Assembly: GCA_903871715.1 (NCBI GenBank) | Contig: CAIQHW010000601.1 | Location: forward strand, 1-30,959 | DNA from: an uncultured bacterium | Lineage (GTDB): Bacteria > Bacteroidota > Bacteroidia > Chitinophagales > CAIODY01 | DNA length: 30,959 bases | Direction of reading: 5' to 3' | Shown: piece by piece, positions 25,984-30,959 of the stretch | Layout of the letters: each line of letters starts with the position of its first letter | How positions within the stretch are numbered: the stretch's first letter is position 1 | Program-made: the position numbers and the translations under genes | The notes under the pieces: generated by a model | The model's database searches: none | Told to the model about the DNA's origin: nothing | Seen by the model: the letters and a program-made list of their open reading frames with translations, nothing else

Positions 25984-26577
25984 TTAAAATAAAGTGGGTT
26001 GCTCTTTCCATTTAAAAGTTTTGCGGTGATATTTTGTAACACCAAATTTTGCCAGCATGGCTCTGTGATGGGCTGTGGGATAGCCTTTGTTTAAATGCCA
26101 ATCATATTGCGGATGCTCACAAGCAATTTTTTCCATGAACTCATCGCGATAAGTTTTTGCTAAAATTGATGCCGCTGCAATGCTCATAAAAATACCATCC
26201 CCTTTTACAAAACATTGATGCGGAATTTGTGGAAACGGTGTAAATCTATTTCCATCAATCAACAATAATTCAGGTGTTTTTTTCAATTGTAAAACCGCTT
26301 TGTGCATGGCTTTGAACGATGCCTGCAGAATGTTGATTTTATCAATTTCGTGATTATCAACCGATGCCACCGCAAAAGCAACAGCTTCTTTTTCAATCAC
26401 TTTTCGCAAATCATTTCTAACCGATTCGGATAATTTTTTGCTGTCATTCAATAAATCGTTTTTATAGTTTTTGGGTAAAATAACAGCAGCCGCAAACACA
26501 GGACCAGCCAAGCATCCTCTGCCTGCCTCATCGCAACCAGCTTCAATTAATTTGGTTTGGAAAAATGATTTTAGCAA
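25984..26577 (-). CDS. rnhB: Ribonuclease HII
   Basis: GCDEAGRGCLAGPV, LNDSKKL, LLIDGN, VKGD, IAAASILAK, NKGYPT; TTG start. Confidence 0.96.
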   Translation of the reverse strand: MLKSFFQTKLIEAGCDEAGRGCLAGPVFAAAVILPKNYKNDLLNDSKKLSESVRNDLRKVIEKEAVAFAVASVDNHEIDKINILQASFKAMHKAVLQLKKTPELLLIDGNRFTPFPQIPHQCFVKGDGIFMSIAAASILAKTYRDEFMEKIACEHPQYDWHLNKGYPTAHHRAMLAKFGVTKYHRKTFKWKEQPTLF

Positions 26578-26675
26578 AATTATTTTGTTTGAAATTTTGT
26601 TGTAAAGAAATGAAAAAAGCTGTTTCGTTTTTCACAATAACAACATCTAAAAATCAATTTCCCACTTTATTGTTG

Positions 26676-26683
26676 TATCTTTG
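26676..26683 (+). promoter_or_regulatory. -7 promoter box TATCTTTG upstream of the DEAD-box helicase
   Basis: Exact TAnnTTTG match. Confidence 0.55.
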
Positions 26684-26827
26684 TTTCAATTATTAAAAGA
26701 AATAGTAGCTACTTTTTCAACATCTTCTCCTGTTTTAGGCTTTTACTATTTTCAATTTTACCCCAAATATTTTCATCACTCAAAATCGTTTTTCAAAAAA
26801 CGATGCAACAATTATTTTTTAAAATTT

Positions 26828-28096
26828 ATGCCCTTTCAAAACTTAAATATTATTGCTCCTATTCTTAAATCATTAAAAGAAGAAGGCTACACAACGCCCA
26901 CTCCTATTCAATCGCAAGCCATTCCTATTGTATTGCAACGAAAGGATTTATTAGGCTGTGCGCAAACTGGCACTGGCAAAACAGCTGCTTTTGCTATACC
27001 GATTTTACAATTATTAAACACCGAAAAAACAACTACGCAAAAAAGAAAAATTCGCAGTTTGGTAGTTACACCCACTCGTGAATTAGCCATTCAAATTGAT
27101 GAGAGTTTTAAATCTTATGGTCGTCATACAGGATTAATTAGCACTGTGATTTTTGGCGGTGTAAGCCAGTTTCATCAAGCCGCAGCGATAAATCGAGGTG
27201 TTGATATTTTGATTGCCACACCAGGCAGATTATTAGATTTGATACAACAACGAATTGTGTCATTAAGAGAAGTGGAAATTTTTGTTTTAGATGAAGCCGA
27301 TAGAATGTTAGACATGGGTTTTATCAACGACGTAAAAAAAATTATTGCCGCATTACCTACCAAAAGACAAACACTTTTTTTCTCGGCAACGATGCCTATG
27401 GAAATCAAAAAATTATCCGACACAATTCTTCACAACCCAACACGGGTGGAGGTTACACCAGTTTCATCTACTGCCGAAACCATCAACCAATTTGTTTATT
27501 TTGTAGATAAAGGAAAGAAAATTGATTTGCTGATTGAAGTGTTGAAAGATGAAAATATTAAAACAGCATTGGTGTTTACCCGAACAAAACATGGGGCAGA
27601 TAAAGTGGTAAAAGTGTTGCAAAAAAACGGCGTAAAATCAGCAGCCATTCATGGCAATAAAGGGCAAAATGCAAGGCAAAATGCACTTCGCGATTTTAAA
27701 GAACAGGCTATCAGAGTGCTTGTAGCAACTGACATTGCAGCACGAGGCATTGATGTGGATGATTTGCAGTTTGTAATAAATTTTGAAATTCCAAACATCA
27801 GCGAAACTTATGTACATCGCATTGGCAGAACGGGCAGAGCTGGTGCAAAAGGCACAGCCTATTCATTTTGTGATGCCGAAGAAAAAGATTGGTTTCGCGA
27901 TATTGAAAAATTGATTGCTAAAAAAATTCCAGTGGTGGAAAATCATCCATTTCCATTGTTGAATAATCATGTTTCAAAAATTCCGCCATCTGCGCAAAGA
28001 GGCGGCGGTGGTGGCAATCCCCGTCGTTCTAACTTTTCATCAGCTAATAACACGGCTGGTACTAACAATAAAAAGAAATGGTACGGTAGAAGATAG
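26828..28096 (+). CDS. DEAD-box RNA helicase (RhlE-like)
   Basis: Q motif GYTTPTPIQ, AQTGTGKT, PTRELA, TPGRL, DEAD, SAT, ARGID, HRIGRTGRAG; start moved from 26681 to ATG 26828. Confidence 0.95.
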   Translation: MPFQNLNIIAPILKSLKEEGYTTPTPIQSQAIPIVLQRKDLLGCAQTGTGKTAAFAIPILQLLNTEKTTTQKRKIRSLVVTPTRELAIQIDESFKSYGRHTGLISTVIFGGVSQFHQAAAINRGVDILIATPGRLLDLIQQRIVSLREVEIFVLDEADRMLDMGFINDVKKIIAALPTKRQTLFFSATMPMEIKKLSDTILHNPTRVEVTPVSSTAETINQFVYFVDKGKKIDLLIEVLKDENIKTALVFTRTKHGADKVVKVLQKNGVKSAAIHGNKGQNARQNALRDFKEQAIRVLVATDIAARGIDVDDLQFVINFEIPNISETYVHRIGRTGRAGAKGTAYSFCDAEEKDWFRDIEKLIAKKIPVVENHPFPLLNNHVSKIPPSAQRGGGGGNPRRSNFSSANNTAGTNNKKKWYGRR

Positions 28097-28113
28097 TGCT
28101 CAAATTTATTTTC

Positions 28114-28143
28114 AAAAAAGCAGGAAAATTTTCCTGCTTTTTT
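28114..28143. terminator. Bidirectional terminator between the helicase and pyrF
   Basis: Perfect 30-bp palindrome AAAAAAGCAGGAAAATTTTCCTGCTTTTTT. Confidence 0.85.
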
Positions 28144-28945
28144 ATGTCACATAATTTTTCATTTCGGCTGCAAACTGCTTGGCTGCAGCATTTGCTTGTT
28201 TATCAAAATCAATTCCGCTGGATGCAAAAATAATTTGACGGCTTACATTTATCAGTAACCCCACATTTTTATTCAACCCAAATTTGCACACATCAGCCAC
28301 CGAGCCGCCTTGAGTGCCCACGCCAGGCACTAACAAAAAATGATGAGGCGCAATTGCACGGATTTGTTTAAAATATTCTGGCTTGGTTGCACCCACTACG
28401 AACATGATATTTTCTTCGTTGCCCCAATGGTTTGATTGCTGAATTACTTTTTCAAAAAGTGTAGTTTTTCCATCGCCAAAAAACTGAAAATCTTTTGCGC
28501 TTTCGTTGCTGGTTAATGCCAATACGATGGCGAATTTTTCTTTAAATTTTAAAAATGGCAATACTGCATCTCTGCCCATGTAGGGTGAAATTGTTACCGC
28601 ATCACAATTCATGTTTTCAAAAAAGGCTTTGGCATATTGTTCGGCTGTATTGCCGATGTCGCCTCGTTTTGCGTCGGCAATGATGAAATGCGAACTGCCA
28701 ATATAATCAACCGTTTTTTGCAAACTGCTCCAACCTTTTGCCCCTTGTGATTCGTAAAAAGCAGTGTTGGGTTTGTATGCCACACAATGTTCTTTTGTGG
28801 CGTCAATTATTCTTTTGTTGAACTCAAAAATCGGGTCATCAAACTGTAATAAATGTTTTGGAATTTTTTCAAAATCACTATCCAAACCCACACACAAAAA
28901 ATTCTTTTTCGCTTTTATTGCTTCAACAAGTTGATGATAATTCAT
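28142..28945 (-). CDS. pyrF: Orotidine-5'-phosphate decarboxylase (subfamily 2)
   Basis: LCVGLD, AYKPNTAFYE, ADAKRGDIGNT, SPYMGRD, FVVGAT, LVPGVGTQGG, INVSRQII. Confidence 0.96.
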   Translation of the reverse strand: MNYHQLVEAIKAKKNFLCVGLDSDFEKIPKHLLQFDDPIFEFNKRIIDATKEHCVAYKPNTAFYESQGAKGWSSLQKTVDYIGSSHFIIADAKRGDIGNTAEQYAKAFFENMNCDAVTISPYMGRDAVLPFLKFKEKFAIVLALTSNESAKDFQFFGDGKTTLFEKVIQQSNHWGNEENIMFVVGATKPEYFKQIRAIAPHHFLLVPGVGTQGGSVADVCKFGLNKNVGLLINVSRQIIFASSGIDFDKQANAAAKQFAAEMKNYVT

Positions 28946-28996
28946 TCGCTTTTTTGTTTAAAAAATTGCTGCGAAAATACTTTTAAAATCAGCAGC

Positions 28997-29037
28997 AAAA
29001 AAAATCCCAATCAAAAATTAATTGGTCAGGATTTTTT
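28997..29037 (-). terminator. Probable terminator of the M43 gene
   Basis: AAAAAATCC...GGATTTTTT outer stem with an inner CAAT/ATTG pair; T-tract on the minus strand. Confidence 0.45.
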
Positions 29038-29076
29038 AAGAATTCTTTTTTATGCTTCGTCCCTCCATTCGCTGCG

Positions 29077-29092
29077 CTCATTGCGCAATGAG
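29077..29092. repeat. GC-rich 16-bp palindrome within a REP-like intergenic element
   Basis: CTCATTGCGCAATGAG, inside the GC-rich stretch at about 29052-29098. Confidence 0.6.
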
Positions 29093-29101
29093 GCTTGGAT
29101 T

Positions 29102-30535
29102 CTATTGTACAACAATTTTACGAACAATTTTATCGCCATTACTATTTATGATAGTAATAAAGTATATGCCCTTTTCAAAAGTTGGGAATTGATAACGCAG
29201 CGTATTATGAGCAACACTATTTTCATTATTTTTAAACACAAGTTTACCCAATATGTTTTCAATCACAATTTGCAAATTAGTAGCCTCTGCAACGTTTACA
29301 CTAATATTGAAATGCCCATCAACAGTGGGATTGGGGTAAATATCAATGCTTTTATCTAAGCTGATTTTTGCAACACTTTTTGTTCGCATAGAATTGGCAG
29401 AAGCAGTTAATCCAATTCTATCAGTACTTTGTGTTAGAGCCGTATGCATTCTTAAAAGTTGGTCGTTAGTAAACATCCACATTGCCCCATCATCGCTATA
29501 ATCCATAAAATTCATAAACATTTCACCATCTACATTATTATTGTACGCTCCGGCACTGCTGCAAGTGTTGACATGATAAGGATATCCAGTGCCTTGTGAA
29601 ACATAATTGGCTGTGGCAGCTGGAGGGATATCGTTGCAATAATCAGTTAAGCAATTGCCGTCGCCCCACACATGACGCAAACCAAGATAATGACCTGATT
29701 CATGAGTTAATGTTCTGCCTTTATTATATGGTGCTGCGACACTTATTGTATCGCCACAAGACATACTCCAAATCCAGCATCCATCAGTGGTTGCATTGGC
29801 ATTGCTGGAACCCCCACCATCTAATCCAGCTAAATTTGTACCACTCGGAAAAGTAGAATAACCTAACATTTGTACACTATTATTTTCATCAGTCAGCCAT
29901 ACATTAAAATATTTTGTAGGGTCCCAAATTGTGTTGGGTTTAATAGTTTGATCAAGATAACTCATTAATGTACCTTCGTCTGGTATAGATGCTGGGTTTG
30001 ACCACTTTTTAGTAATATAGCTTTCTCTATCAATGCCAGGCTCTGGTAATAGGTTTCCACTTGGGTCTTCGCTTGCTAATATAAATGAAATGCCAGTATT
30101 AGAAATGGTTACACCGTTATCATCAGGCGCAGGCAGGCTATTAGTTTGTGAATATTCGTAGAATGGCAAATGCCCATTCGCCCCCATTTGTGAATACAAG
30201 CCTGTATTGAAGCCTATTCCAGCATAGTCGTTGTTTAGTATATTTATTTGTGAAACAATTTGCGCTTGGTCTAAATTTGGATAAGTTCCTTCAGCTTCAT
30301 TGCCATAAATTATATGAAACACAACTGGAATCAAATACGATGAGGTTGATTTAGATTTTTCTTTTGCCAAATTTTGTTTGTAATCATTCACTTTTTGGTT
30401 AAACCAATTATTCCAAACCTGCGATGGAGGCTGCGTATGGCAGCGTTGTGGTCGTTTCACAATACTATTCTGGGCAAAAGAAAACAAGCCAAGTAATAAA
30501 AAGATAAGCGCAAAAATTAAAACTTTGATGCTCAT
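29102..30535 (-). CDS. M43 (pappalysin/ulilysin-type) zinc metalloprotease with T9SS CTD
   Basis: Signal peptide; putative cysteine switch RCHT; IPVVFHII; HESGHYLGLRH; Met-turn NFMDYSDD; CTD IYPNPT...GIYFITI...RKIVVQ. Confidence 0.92.
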   Translation of the reverse strand: MSIKVLIFALIFLLLGLFSFAQNSIVKRPQRCHTQPPSQVWNNWFNQKVNDYKQNLAKEKSKSTSSYLIPVVFHIIYGNEAEGTYPNLDQAQIVSQINILNNDYAGIGFNTGLYSQMGANGHLPFYEYSQTNSLPAPDDNGVTISNTGISFILASEDPSGNLLPEPGIDRESYITKKWSNPASIPDEGTLMSYLDQTIKPNTIWDPTKYFNVWLTDENNSVQMLGYSTFPSGTNLAGLDGGGSSNANATTDGCWIWSMSCGDTISVAAPYNKGRTLTHESGHYLGLRHVWGDGNCLTDYCNDIPPAATANYVSQGTGYPYHVNTCSSAGAYNNNVDGEMFMNFMDYSDDGAMWMFTNDQLLRMHTALTQSTDRIGLTASANSMRTKSVAKISLDKSIDIYPNPTVDGHFNISVNVAEATNLQIVIENILGKLVFKNNENSVAHNTLRYQFPTFEKGIYFITIINSNGDKIVRKIVVQ

Positions 30536-30568
30536 ATTATTTTTTCAAAAAAATTGTAACAAGATTTT

Positions 30569-30576
30569 CAAAGTTA
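30569..30576 (-). promoter_or_regulatory. -7 promoter box TAACTTTG for the M43 gene
   Basis: TAnnTTTG match 33 nt before the ATG. Confidence 0.6.
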
Positions 30577-30661
30577 GAATATTTTTTCAAAAGCACAAAA
30601 CTGAAAATTAAGCAGTTGATTTTTTTCTATTTCCCAAATAAAACTTCATTTTCTTTGCAGC

Positions 30662-30959
30662 ATGAATGATTTTGAAATCATGGTTGATTCGATTGAAATG
30701 CTTGATAACGCTGCGTTTCAATTATTGCAATGGGCGGCTGGCGAAAAAATATTTTGCTTCGATGCGCCTATGGGTGCTGGCAAAACCACGTTCATCAAGC
30801 ATTTGTGCAAAGTACTGCAATTTGATGGCTTGGTAAGTAGCCCCACTTTTCCCATTATTCAAGAATATGCTGGTGAAAATTTTATTTACCATATCGATTG
30901 TTATCGGCTAAAAGATGTGGACGAAGCCATAGCCGTAGGGTTGGAGGATTGTTTAGCAT
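30662..30959 (+). CDS. tsaE: tRNA threonylcarbamoyladenosine biosynthesis ATPase TsaE (partial, runs off the window)
   Basis: My translation from ATG 30662: MNDFEIMVDSIEML...APMGAGKTTFIK...VSSPTFPIIQEY...YHIDCYRL; not in the ORF track because it is truncated. Confidence 0.93.
   Translation, partial: MNDFEIMVDSIEMLDNAAFQLLQWAAGEKIFCFDAPMGAGKTTFIKHLCKVLQFDGLVSSPTFPIIQEYAGENFIYHIDCYRLKDVDEAIAVGLEDCLA

Noticed and set aside
29263-29275. 13-nt match (TCACAATTTGCAA) to ORF6N upstream unit 1 inside the M43 CTD
   Set aside because: The flanks do not match or pair, and the sequence is AT-rich and coding; probably chance, though worth including as an EMSA control.
28853-29359. 168-aa plus-strand ORF
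   Set aside because: Antisense to pyrF and M43, crosses an intergenic region, and has no recognisable motifs.

Overview
AT-rich, mostly housekeeping chromosomal segment of a Bacteroidota bacterium. Evidence for that assignment: many TAnnTTTG -7 promoter boxes, two T9SS C-terminal-domain proteins, DUF4290, a Bacteroidota-type GlmU-like gene and a split metH. It encodes metK, two PLP aminotransferases, tRNA-Met(CAT), a thioesterase, a GlmU-like protein, yidC, a T9SS cargo protein, a GH3 protein, GT2 plus ECF sigma, LutC, PhyH plus SDR, split metH, pyk, pfkA, DUF4290, rnhB, a DEAD-box helicase, pyrF, an M43 protease and a partial tsaE. No integrase, transposase, CRISPR array or rRNA was seen. 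The one accessory-looking spot is a roughly 0.9 kb cassette between the two metH halves. It carries an ORF6N DNA-binding gene whose LRSQIVTSK segment is encoded by a perfect 35-bp DNA palindrome. Just upstream of that gene are two tandem palindromic variants of the same sequence, each reading as an alternative version of the peptide. This protein-motif/palindrome coupling is the best candidate for an undescribed system. All family calls come from motif recognition by eye; no database searches were run.
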